The position numbers were made by a program, and so were the translations under genes. From assembly GCA_016208165.1 (NCBI GenBank), contig JACQYL010000001.1:8099-72098 (forward strand): a stretch of DNA of 64,000 nucleotides, written 5' to 3'. Source of the stretch: Deltaproteobacteria bacterium (lineage in GTDB: Bacteria > Desulfobacterota > Desulfarculia > JACQYL01). Below the pieces are notes generated by a model that saw nothing but the letters and a program-made list of their open reading frames with translations, was not told where the DNA came from and made no database searches. Below are positions 26,726 to 35,640 of this stretch, piece after piece. Each line of letters starts with the position of its first letter. The first letter of the stretch is position 1.

Positions 26726-26798
26726 CCGGCGATCGATTTTGGAATCGCGGCTCGTCCATAGTCCAAGACTTCCGTTTTATGTTTTCACGGATTCGGCT

Positions 26799-28076
26799 CT
26801 ACCTTTCTCTGGAGATCGTTTCCCGGAGGAAAAAAGTCGAAATCACGGAAACGACCGCGCAGCCAAAGAGCACCAGAAAGGCCAGCCGGTATCCCTCCAC
26901 GCTGAACGACCCGTTCGGTTGTACGTGCAGTTGTAGAATATATCCCAACAGCGGCTGAAAGACGGCTCCCCCGGCAAAAGGAAACAGGTTTATCAGGCCG
27001 GTGGATGTTCCCGCCATGTACACGGGAAACAGTTCCTTGGCGGTGGTGAAGCCAATCACAACGATGGCGCTCGAAAAGATGCCGAGTCCGAGGACAAGCA
27101 GGTATAGAGCGGGCACGGGCAGGTGTTGGGTATAGAAGGCCAGGAGGGCCGTGATCCCTAAAAGGATCAGACTCGAGAGCATGATCACCGGCTTTCGTCC
27201 CCGGAACACCCGGTCCGAAAGAAAACTCAAGAGAGGGCTGCCTATGACCATGCCCACCGCGATCATAGAGAGAATGCGGCTCGCCTCACCTTTGGTCAGT
27301 CCGTAAACCTGCATGAAAAAAGGGCCGCCCCAGAGTCCGCCGAAACTGAAAAAGATGCCGAGAGTGAAGAAAAACCATACGCCCAGGAACCAAAAGTAGC
27401 GGTACGTGAGTACTTTCTTGACTCCCTGCAAGAGGCCGGTGGCGCCGCCGGAAGGCGCCCTGGATTCATGAAGCGCGGGCCAACCGAAATCGCCGGGCCT
27501 GTCGCGTACGTACAACCAGACCAATATTGCCAGCAACAGCGTGAAAGCTCCTACCGCCATGAAGGAGGATCTCCATCCGATCCAGGAGCTTAGGGCCGCC
27601 AGCGGGGCTGCGGCGCTGAGAGAGCCCACTCCTCCCATGGCCATGAGAATACCGGTCATGGTGGCGAACTCGCGAGGTCGAAACCATTCGGCCAGAATCT
27701 TCATGGTGGGAACGAACAACATCGAGACCCCGATCCCCACCAGTGTCCGACCGACTATGGCCCAGAAGACCGATGGCGCCAGAGCGAGCAGCACGGATCC
27801 GCCAAACGCCAGACAGAAAAACAACGTTATCGTGCGGCGGGGACCCCAGGAATCGGAGAGCAAGCCGGCGGGAAGTTGCATGAGGGCGTACGGATAGAAA
27901 TACGCCGCACCCAGAAACCCGATCAGAGCACCGCCGGTTTTCAGATCTTTCATCATGTCCAGGGCCAAGACGGCCGGACACAGGCGATGGAAGTACACCA
28001 TGATGTAAGCAAAGGCCAGAATCCAGAAAATGAACCACCGATAGCGCAACGCCTTGGACATGGAATCCGGGGTCAT
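26799..28076 (-). CDS. MFS transporter
   Basis: 425 aa with about 12 TM segments. YRWFIFWILAFAYIMVYFHRLCPAVLA...LSDSWGPRRT is the MFS D-R/K-x-G-R-R-like loop. Confidence 0.85.
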   Translation of the reverse strand: MTPDSMSKALRYRWFIFWILAFAYIMVYFHRLCPAVLALDMMKDLKTGGALIGFLGAAYFYPYALMQLPAGLLSDSWGPRRTITLFFCLAFGGSVLLALAPSVFWAIVGRTLVGIGVSMLFVPTMKILAEWFRPREFATMTGILMAMGGVGSLSAAAPLAALSSWIGWRSSFMAVGAFTLLLAILVWLYVRDRPGDFGWPALHESRAPSGGATGLLQGVKKVLTYRYFWFLGVWFFFTLGIFFSFGGLWGGPFFMQVYGLTKGEASRILSMIAVGMVIGSPLLSFLSDRVFRGRKPVIMLSSLILLGITALLAFYTQHLPVPALYLLVLGLGIFSSAIVVIGFTTAKELFPVYMAGTSTGLINLFPFAGGAVFQPLLGYILQLHVQPNGSFSVEGYRLAFLVLFGCAVVSVISTFFLRETISRER

Positions 28077-28160
28077 GCGGCGCTCCTTGATCAGAGAGGA
28101 AAAACAGACGGACTAGATTGCCGTGTGCCTGAAACCGTTCTAGGAAATACGCATCCGATC

Positions 28161-28667
28161 TCATTCCAGATGGGCGATGAGATGAGTGAGTTCAGGTAAT
28201 ATGATTTTCTCCATAGCGAGCCTGCATGCCTTGCTGCTGCCGGGGATACAGAACACGGCTTTGTTATTCGTCACTCCCGCAGTGGCCCTCGACAGAATGG
28301 CGGCAGGCCCGATTTCCTCATAGCTCAATTGAGTGAACAGGGAACCGAAGGCAGTCAATTCCTTGTCCAACAGGGGGTGGAGCGCTTCGACAGTGACGTC
28401 GGTAGGAGTAATTCCCGTGCCGCCCGTCACAACAATCGCGCGGGCCGCCGTACCGAGCAGTCGTCCGAAGGCATTCCGGATGAGGGTCACGTCATCCTTC
28501 ACCATTTCCCGACCGGTTACGCGGTGTCCTCGATCCTCGAGCAGATCCCGAATCAGATCTCCGCTCTTGTCCTGTTCCAGGTTTCTCGAGGTGGACACGC
28601 TGAGAATGGCTACGGCCACACTGGAGGGGGCGTGCTCACGATGGGGATGGTCCGATGGCAGGATCAA
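28161..28667 (-). CDS. moaB: Molybdenum cofactor biosynthesis protein B (MoaB/MogA family)
   Basis: VAVAILSVSTSR...AIVVTGGTGITPTDVTVEAL...FCIPGSSKACRLA is the MoCF_biosynth pattern. Confidence 0.85.
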   Translation of the reverse strand: MILPSDHPHREHAPSSVAVAILSVSTSRNLEQDKSGDLIRDLLEDRGHRVTGREMVKDDVTLIRNAFGRLLGTAARAIVVTGGTGITPTDVTVEALHPLLDKELTAFGSLFTQLSYEEIGPAAILSRATAGVTNNKAVFCIPGSSKACRLAMEKIILPELTHLIAHLE

Positions 28668-28671
28668 AACC

Positions 28672-29118
28672 CTACTGCTCCTTCTTTTTGGCGACTACGC
28701 GCACGTCCGTGATGCGGGTGAACGGATATTGGCCGTTTTCGTCTTTTTCCAGATACTTCACCATGTCCCAAATGGTGTTCAGCGCCGCGCTTACACCCAC
28801 CAATGCTTCCATTTCCACGCCGGTGCGGGCCCGGGCTTTGACCCCGCAACGGACCCGCACATGTGAAGGCTCGATTTCGAACGTCAGTTCCACGGATTCC
28901 ACCGGAAGGGGGTGGCAGTGGGGGATGACGAGATGCGTCTGTTTGACGGCAAGCATGCCCGATGCTTCGGCAAAACAAAACGGGTGACCCTTTTTGATTT
29001 CGTTCCGAAGGATACGATCGAGCGTCTCCGGCCGGAGTATCAATAGTCCCTCGGCCACGGCTTCTCTCAGTATGACGTCCTTCGAGGACACATCCACCAT
29101 GCCCATATTCGAGTCCAT
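28672..29118 (-). CDS. moaC: Cyclic pyranopterin monophosphate synthase
   Basis: MVDVSSKDV...LVIPHCHPLPVESVEL...TGVEMEALVGVSAALNTIWDMVK. Confidence 0.9.
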   Translation of the reverse strand: MDSNMGMVDVSSKDVILREAVAEGLLILRPETLDRILRNEIKKGHPFCFAEASGMLAVKQTHLVIPHCHPLPVESVELTFEIEPSHVRVRCGVKARARTGVEMEALVGVSAALNTIWDMVKYLEKDENGQYPFTRITDVRVVAKKKEQ

Positions 29119-29271
29119 CCCGGAAAAGGTTGCGCGTGTTTTGCGGCCTAATCGCCGGTGAAGCGCCGTATGTACAGCGCATACCGGTTCTTTTCCAAAC
29201 AGCGGGTGTTCAGATCGCCCGGACTAAGCCCCGAACACGCCTGAAGACACCGCTCCCCGTCCTACCCGGAC

Positions 29272-31005
29272 CTACTTGCGACCATACAGCGGGTCCGCTT
29301 CCTGCAGTTGGCGTCTCATGACTTTGCCCACCAGGGTCTTGGGCAGTTCGTCCCTGAATTCGATGTATTTAGGCACCTTGTAATGGGAGATGTTCTCCTT
29401 GCACCAATCCCACAGCTCCTTTTCGGTAAGCTTCTCCTTGTAGCCCGGCTTGAGCACCACCCAAACCTTGATGGCTTCCCCCGAAGCCACGTCCGGGAGG
29501 CCGGCGGCGGCCACTTCGGAGACGCCCTCGTGGTTCCCGACGAGTTCTTCGACCTCTTTGGGGAACACCGAATACCCTCTGACCTTGATCAGCTGTTTCT
29601 TCCGGTCGCTGATGCCCACCCTTCCCCATTCGTCCATGTAGCCGATATCGCCGGTCAGCAACCATCGCTTTCCATCGATTTCACGAATGGTGGATGCGGT
29701 TTCCATCGGCTGATTCAGATAGCCCACCATCACCTGGGGTCCGGCCACCCAGAGTTCGCCGGTTTCGCCTGTGGGCATTTCTTTGGTTCCCATTTCGTGG
29801 TCCATGATCTTCCAATCGGTGCCGGGCATGGGCAGGCCGATCTTGCCGATCATGCGAACCCCTTCCGTCAGCGGACCGCAGCACACCACGGGTGTTGCTT
29901 CCGAAAGGCCGTATCCCTCGACGATGATGGCGCCCGTGACCTTTTCGAACGATTCCTGAACCGGTCGGTGAAGAGGGCCGGCCCCGCTTATGCAGCAGCG
30001 GAGTTTCTTGGCAATGGGGTACTTCTCCACGCCGGGAAAGTCCGCAATGCGCTGAAACAGAACTTCCGCTCCCGAATAGTAAGTGTTCCGGTCTTCCCCA
30101 ATGGCGCAGATGGTTTTGAGCAATGCTTCGGTTTCGGGAGGTCTGGGGAACAACATCATCCACATGCCGGCCTTGATGGAAAGGTTCATTACCACGGTCA
30201 TGGCGAAGGAATGAAACAGGGGGAGCACACCCACGCTGCAGGCCCCGGCCCCACCCATGAATACCCAGGCGTCCAACTGGATCATGTTGGAGACGCAATT
30301 GAAATTGGACAACACGGCCGCCTTGGGCACTCCGGTTGTGCCTCCGGTCATAATATACGTGGCGATGTCATCGGCGCTCACATGCACTTTCGGTGGATTA
30401 GGCGGTGTACGGACAAGATCCATATACCGCACGGCTCCCGAGGGAACGGGACCATGGGGAATCTTGCCGAGCTTTTTCCCCAACCATTTCTTGAGGGGAC
30501 TCAACTTAACCTGGTCCACGATGTTGGTGACGATGAGAATCTCGATGGGATAGTCCTTCAGGATGGGCTGAACCAGGGTTTCAATGAGCGAATCCAGCAC
30601 GATGACGGCCTTGACGCCGGTAATTTTGAATTGGTGGAGCACTTCGCCGGACTTGTAGGTGGGGTTTACGCCGGTCACGATCGCGCCCAGCCGCATGCAG
30701 GCATAGTAGGAAATTACGTACTGAAACGAATTCGGCAGCACCAGCGCCACCACGTCGCCCTTCTTGATGCCCCTGGCTGCCAATCCCGCGGCCACGGAAA
30801 GGACGCGCCCGTGCAATTCGCCGAATGTCATAAACGTGTCGAGAAACCAGATCGCCTTATGGCTTTTATACTTGGCCGCCGATTCGGCGAGGACATCATA
30901 CAGACCGATCTTGGGAAACTCGAGATTCTTGGGGACTTCCGACGGCCATCCTGCTTCAGGTTGAAACCAGGGTTTGCTCTCATCAATGTAATACGGACTC
31001 TCCAT
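29272..31005 (-). CDS. Acyl-CoA synthetase / AMP-dependent ligase (long-chain fatty acid-CoA ligase-like)
   Basis: YIMTGGTTGVPKAAVLS (AMP-binding motif), GYGLSEATPV, TGDIGYMDEWGRVGISDRKKQLIKVRGYSVFPKEVE. I took the ATG at 31005 (MESPYYID), preceded by GGGGGTG, as the start. Confidence 0.85.
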   Translation of the reverse strand: MESPYYIDESKPWFQPEAGWPSEVPKNLEFPKIGLYDVLAESAAKYKSHKAIWFLDTFMTFGELHGRVLSVAAGLAARGIKKGDVVALVLPNSFQYVISYYACMRLGAIVTGVNPTYKSGEVLHQFKITGVKAVIVLDSLIETLVQPILKDYPIEILIVTNIVDQVKLSPLKKWLGKKLGKIPHGPVPSGAVRYMDLVRTPPNPPKVHVSADDIATYIMTGGTTGVPKAAVLSNFNCVSNMIQLDAWVFMGGAGACSVGVLPLFHSFAMTVVMNLSIKAGMWMMLFPRPPETEALLKTICAIGEDRNTYYSGAEVLFQRIADFPGVEKYPIAKKLRCCISGAGPLHRPVQESFEKVTGAIIVEGYGLSEATPVVCCGPLTEGVRMIGKIGLPMPGTDWKIMDHEMGTKEMPTGETGELWVAGPQVMVGYLNQPMETASTIREIDGKRWLLTGDIGYMDEWGRVGISDRKKQLIKVRGYSVFPKEVEELVGNHEGVSEVAAAGLPDVASGEAIKVWVVLKPGYKEKLTEKELWDWCKENISHYKVPKYIEFRDELPKTLVGKVMRRQLQEADPLYGRK

Positions 31006-31292
31006 AACCCACCCCCTTCGTAAGGACCATGCACACCCGTTATCAGGCTGTTGAAAAGCGCGATCTGCGGCGTTGCGCTTCATCCCTCGTCACTGCGACG
31101 TACTCTATGTACGCCTTCATTCCGCGGGATTTGCGCGCCTTGCATCTCATCGTTTTTCAACGGCCTGTAACAACCCGGCTGTTTCAACGGGCTGTTATCG
31201 TTCCCGGAAACCAAGTGGTCGCAAGTCGAACACCGCCCCAGAGCCACTGTCTTTCTTAGTTCGAGCCGTCTAAAGAGCATTTGTCTTTCGAA

Positions 31293-31727
31293 CTACTTGT
31301 CGCTTTTATGTTGATTCTGTTCTTGTCGCGCTTTTTTTTCGATATCATTTGGGATTTGTCTGATGGTTTCTTCCATTTGAGTGGTCCAAGTCTTCACCCA
31401 TTCACCTTCGTCGTACGCTTCCAAGCTGTCAGCGTATATGGCATTGTACTTGCCTTTTACGTCCCCTGTTATACGGACGGTTCCAAACATATGTCGCGCG
31501 AGTATACGATTCGAAACATTCAAAACAAAATAGTACTTCCCTTCATCCGTGTACACGATAATATGTTCCGCAGTGGCTGCAACAGGGTCTTCCTGGTTGA
31601 TAGGGCAGGATATACCGTAAATGACACACATAAACGGTTTCACGGTTCCTTCGATTTGTCCCGCCAATGCGGGCATACATCCCACTAACAAAACACACGT
31701 CATCAAGGCAATCAGGCTTTTTTTCAA
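31293..31727 (-). CDS. Small secreted two-Cys protein, paralogue B (pairs with 22008-22427)
   Basis: Signal peptide ending PALAGQIEGT, then MCVIYGISCP, LARH, YNAIYADSLEAYDEGEWVKTWTTQME. These blocks are collinear with paralogue A. Confidence 0.65.
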   Translation of the reverse strand: MKKSLIALMTCVLLVGCMPALAGQIEGTVKPFMCVIYGISCPINQEDPVAATAEHIIVYTDEGKYYFVLNVSNRILARHMFGTVRITGDVKGKYNAIYADSLEAYDEGEWVKTWTTQMEETIRQIPNDIEKKARQEQNQHKSDK

Positions 31728-32195
31728 GGTCTTATCTCCTCATAGAGCATCCTGTGTTGAAGCTACGATCCGACCCCTATCTTCATCGGTCCGAATCCCC
31801 GATACGGCGGGATTATATCGTTATCAACGGGTTGGAGCAAGGGAAAGTCGGACCTTTTCTACCGAAGATTCCGCCTGGGGTCGAATCAGCGGGGGGCCGG
31901 GAGGAATCGTACGGGAACGCATCCGAGCTTTCTTTTCGATTTCATCCGTTGATCCAACCTGTTCCCGTTCGCTCTCTCGCACCGGCGGAGCATGCGATGT
32001 CGCTTGACCGCCCTTTTATTCGGCCGGTATACTGCCTGGGTTCGCAGGGATGGTCGCTCGGCATCGCGGTTTGTATGCGAATTCCTAAATGCGAAGCCGC
32101 GACCATTTCTTTTGCGGGTTGACACACTGCCGTCCGGCTATCATGTTATGAATTATATTTGATGAACTCGTAAAGACTCGAGAGCGACCGTTTTC

Positions 32196-32267
32196 CGTCA
32201 TTCCGGTGAAAGCAGGAATCCAGTAATTTCATATACTTATGGATGCAGGATCAAGTCCGGTATGACG
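32196..32267. repeat. Degenerate palindromic REP/MITE-like element
   Basis: CGTCATTCCGGTGAAAGCAGGAATCCAG ... GGATGCAGGATCAAGTCCGGTATGACG. The termini CGTCAT.CCGG / CCGG.ATGACG are inverted. It resembles the widespread gtcattcccgcgaaagcgggaatcc-type intergenic repeat. Confidence 0.4.
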
Positions 32268-32384
32268 CCGTGGGGACTTTTTACGAAGGCCTCAAATTTG
32301 AGACAGCCTTGGCAGGGGCCCCTTCGGGAAGACACCTCGCCGGATTCCGTTTTTTTGACGACCACGAACGATTTGAGTGATCCC

Positions 32385-33632
32385 ATGGGTAATCGTAGTT
32401 CTAGTCCTGTGTTGCGCGTGTTGAACAATGGCGTGCGCGTTTGTTTCGAACCTTTCGAAGGGGCTCAATCCTTTGCCATGTGTCTCCGGTTTGTGGGCGG
32501 CGTTGGGGATGAGCCCGCCGAGAAGCTGGGTCTGGCCAATGTAACGGAACTGGCCGTGATGAAAGGGACGGATAGAAAAGACGCGGCGGGTGTTTTCGAT
32601 GCCCTGGACAGCCTCGGCGTCTCCCGATCCGTCAACGCGGGAGCGGAAGCATTCACCTTTCGAGCCCATCTGTTGCCCGCCAAGGTAGGGGAAGCGCTTC
32701 TGATTTATCGCGAAGTGTTCGAGTCGGCCGCCTTCCCCGAGGACGAGGTGGCGCTCGCAAAAAGGCTGACCCTCGAACAGATCAAAAGCCTGGAAGACCA
32801 GCCTCAGCGAAAAATCGTGCTCACGTCTTTAAGGGCCGCCCTGGGATTCCCATTGGGCAGGCCCAAGCCGGGAACCGAAGCATCGGTAACGTCCCTCGAT
32901 CGAGACGACGTTGTCCGGTTCTGGGATCGGATCGCCCATCCGGCCGCACTCATCCTTACGGCAGCCGGGGGCATGGAAGAGGGAACATTTTTCGAGGCTG
33001 TGGAGAAAGCGCTTTTGGGCTGGCATAAGGCCGGGGCAGTGCCGGACGCTCATCCGGTCCGCATCGCTCCCGGTGTGGTGCACGAACTCAAGAAAAGCGA
33101 ACAGGCTCATATTGCTGTCATTTATCCGGGACCTCCACGGGACGCCGGCGATTTCTATGCGGCCCAGGTGGCGGCCACCGTGCTTTCCGGAAGCGGCTCG
33201 AGCCGTCTTTTTACCGAGGTTCGCGAGAAGAGGGGTCTCGTATACACCGTGAGCACGGCCTACAGCCCCTTTCGATCCGGGGCGATTACGCTTCTGTACG
33301 CAGGCACCCGGGCCGATCGCACGGACGAAACCCTCAAGGTATGCCTGGCCGAAGTGAACCGTCTGGCTGAAGACATCTCCGCCGAAGAATTCGAGCGCGC
33401 CAAATCGGTCATCCTCGGAAGATTGCGAACCGTGGGAGAACTCGTGGCCGCGCGTTCGTCCTCGTTGGTGGATGACCTTTTGCTTCAGGGGACGCCCCGC
33501 TCCTTGGAGGACATACTGGACGGCGTATCCTCCGTAACCCTGGAACAAGCCCGGGCCGCGGCCCGACATTACACACCGACCCCACGCACCATCGCGGTGT
33601 TAGGGCCCCAAGAGCCCGGTGAGACTCGATAG
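32385..33632 (+). CDS. M16-family peptidase-like protein lacking the zinc motif (probable non-catalytic partner)
   Basis: It has the M16 fold pattern, but NVTELAVMKG replaces HxxEH. I took the ATG at 32385 (MGNRSSSPVLRVLNNGVRV) as the start, because the track start at 32262 lies inside the REP-like element. Confidence 0.8.
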   Translation: MGNRSSSPVLRVLNNGVRVCFEPFEGAQSFAMCLRFVGGVGDEPAEKLGLANVTELAVMKGTDRKDAAGVFDALDSLGVSRSVNAGAEAFTFRAHLLPAKVGEALLIYREVFESAAFPEDEVALAKRLTLEQIKSLEDQPQRKIVLTSLRAALGFPLGRPKPGTEASVTSLDRDDVVRFWDRIAHPAALILTAAGGMEEGTFFEAVEKALLGWHKAGAVPDAHPVRIAPGVVHELKKSEQAHIAVIYPGPPRDAGDFYAAQVAATVLSGSGSSRLFTEVREKRGLVYTVSTAYSPFRSGAITLLYAGTRADRTDETLKVCLAEVNRLAEDISAEEFERAKSVILGRLRTVGELVAARSSSLVDDLLLQGTPRSLEDILDGVSSVTLEQARAAARHYTPTPRTIAVLGPQEPGETR

Positions 33633-33641
33633 GAAAACGTC

Positions 33642-34877
33642 ATGGCGGGAAACCCGTTTTGGAGCACCAAACTGGAAAACGGACTGTCGTTGGTTTTTGA
33701 AAGCATCCCTCGGCTCGGTTCCACGGCGGTGGGATTTCTCGTGCGCACCGGATCCCGGGACGAACCGAGAAACCGTGCCGGTATGTCTCATTTCTTGGAG
33801 CACATGTGCTTTAAAGGCACGGCCGGGCGTTCCTGGGATCAGATCAATCGGGAGGTGGACGATCTTGGCGCATTGTGGAACGCGTATACCTGGTGGGAAG
33901 GCACGGCTTACTTCCATTGGGTTCAAGCCGAACGTGCGGAGGATTCCATCGACATCCTCGCGGATATGATGCGTCCTAAATTGGACGAAGCGGATTTCAA
34001 CATGGAAAAGGGCGTGATCCTCGAGGAAATCGCCATGTACAATGACAATCCTTCGGCTCTCATTGCCGATCGACTGATACAGGCCGCCTTTGGAGATCAT
34101 CCCTTGGGAACCAGCGTTTTGGGCACCGCGGAGACTGTGACCGCCGTGAGCCACAGCGATATGACGGCTTATTTTCGACGCCGTTACACCCCCAATAACA
34201 TGGTATTCCTGGCCACGGGAGCCATTGAAAGGGAACGGCTCGTGGAAACAGTCCGGCGTCATACGGCGACGTGGACCTCGGGCGAAACGGGAAGATCCCA
34301 ATCCGTCCCGGTGTTTCACTCCGAAACCCGGCCGGCGCACCGTCCGGAGGTTGCACGTGAACATCTGGCCCTGGCTTGGCCCGGACCGGAAGTGGGAAGT
34401 CCGTGGGCGCCCGCCGCACGCGTGCTGGCCCGCTATCTGGGGGAGGAGGAAAACAGCCGTCTGTACTGGTCGGTCAAGCAAAAAGGCCTGGTGGACCGGG
34501 TGAGCGCCTCCCATGTGGGCTTCAACGATTCGGGACTGATGTACGTGTACGCTTCCACCGCTCCGGCCAGAGCCGGAGAAGTCCTGGGGCTCATTCGTGA
34601 GGAGATGGCAAGAGTGCATCGCCGCATCGACGAGGCGGCCCTTTCGAGGTCCAGGATAAAGGCGGAGTCCGCCTTGGTGCGCGAGGCGGAGCACGGCCTC
34701 AGCCGCTGGAACCAGCTGGCGGAAATCGAAAACGCCGGAGCCGCCAGAAAAACGGTGACCCAAGCCATGAAGGATATCGAGGACGTAACGGTGGACCGGG
34801 TAAGGGACTTCCTCGACGAATTTCCTCTGGACGGAGAACCGGCGTTGGTGCCGCTGGGGCCCCTCGAGAGGATCTGA
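33642..34877 (+). CDS. M16-family zinc peptidase (insulinase/pitrilysin-like)
   Basis: GMSHFLEHMCFKG carries the inverted zinc motif HxxEH, and the downstream WWEGTAY.. region is present. 411 aa. Confidence 0.85.
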   Translation: MAGNPFWSTKLENGLSLVFESIPRLGSTAVGFLVRTGSRDEPRNRAGMSHFLEHMCFKGTAGRSWDQINREVDDLGALWNAYTWWEGTAYFHWVQAERAEDSIDILADMMRPKLDEADFNMEKGVILEEIAMYNDNPSALIADRLIQAAFGDHPLGTSVLGTAETVTAVSHSDMTAYFRRRYTPNNMVFLATGAIERERLVETVRRHTATWTSGETGRSQSVPVFHSETRPAHRPEVAREHLALAWPGPEVGSPWAPAARVLARYLGEEENSRLYWSVKQKGLVDRVSASHVGFNDSGLMYVYASTAPARAGEVLGLIREEMARVHRRIDEAALSRSRIKAESALVREAEHGLSRWNQLAEIENAGAARKTVTQAMKDIEDVTVDRVRDFLDEFPLDGEPALVPLGPLERI

Positions 34878-34881
34878 TCCG

Positions 34882-34892
34882 GGATCATGATC
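34882..34892. repeat. Left copy of the 11-bp GGATCATGATC repeat bracketing the 35-39 kb cassette
   Basis: It is identical to 38998-39008 and contains the palindrome GATCATGATC. Confidence 0.4.
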
Positions 34893-35640
34893 GACAAAAC
34901 CAACATCATCGCAGCGTTGCTGGAGAGATTGGACAACACGCCCATGGGGCATCATCCGGATATCCGGCCGTATAAAAGAAACTGATCGGTCGTGGTCGTG
35001 CGAAGGACCGAAACGGTTTATGAAATCATTGAAGAAGGATTCTTCTGCGACCGTTTTTCCGTGGAGGCCTCCGGGTTGAAGAAAAGCCTGCGGGTAATGA
35101 TCAAAAAGGAGTTTCCGCGAAGCCACAAAATATGGGTGTACGCCATGGAGCCGTATCCGCAGGAAGAACCGCACGGCACGGAGAGAAAGAAGATTTGAGG
35201 ATTGTTTCACAGATGGTCCGCTTGGGGCCACGGAAAGAGAGGCTGTTGGGTAAGCTAGAGAATCGGAAAGAAGTCAACATGCGGGCTTGCCCCCCGACAC
35301 AGTCCTCTCTCGATAAAATGATATGATTCCGACCTCCTTCCGGGAATTCTTTCCAGAAAGTCCTAAGCTTGCTTCTCTTGGCTTTTCTGGCTATAAATAT
35401 CGACGAATACGGGCTAATAATACAGCAAGGCCTTTTGCATAAACTCTTCATTAGGTTAGGAGCGTCATCGGGGGCAGCGAAGTAAGGAAGATCGTCCTTC
35501 TTGAAGTGATGCGATGTTCAAGGCGGGTACTCTGAAAAGACTGAACAATCTGTTCATCTACCGGGAGCGAATCGCCAAAAAGCTGTTTGTCTCGGAACTC
35601 TGTTACAACCGATCCCTTTAATAGAGCCAGGGGAACGCAC

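Noticed and set aside
29308-31023. A 571-aa plus-strand ORF antisense to the acyl-CoA synthetase gene
   Set aside because: It has a low-complexity Gly/His/Arg/Pro-rich translation with no recognisable motif. The opposite strand carries unambiguous AMP-binding motifs. This is a typical shadow ORF of GC-rich DNA.
33600-35231. A 543-aa minus-strand ORF antisense to the active M16 peptidase
   Set aside because: It is a shadow ORF with an Arg/Gly/Pro/His-rich sequence and no domain signature. The plus strand has HFLEH and the M16 pattern.
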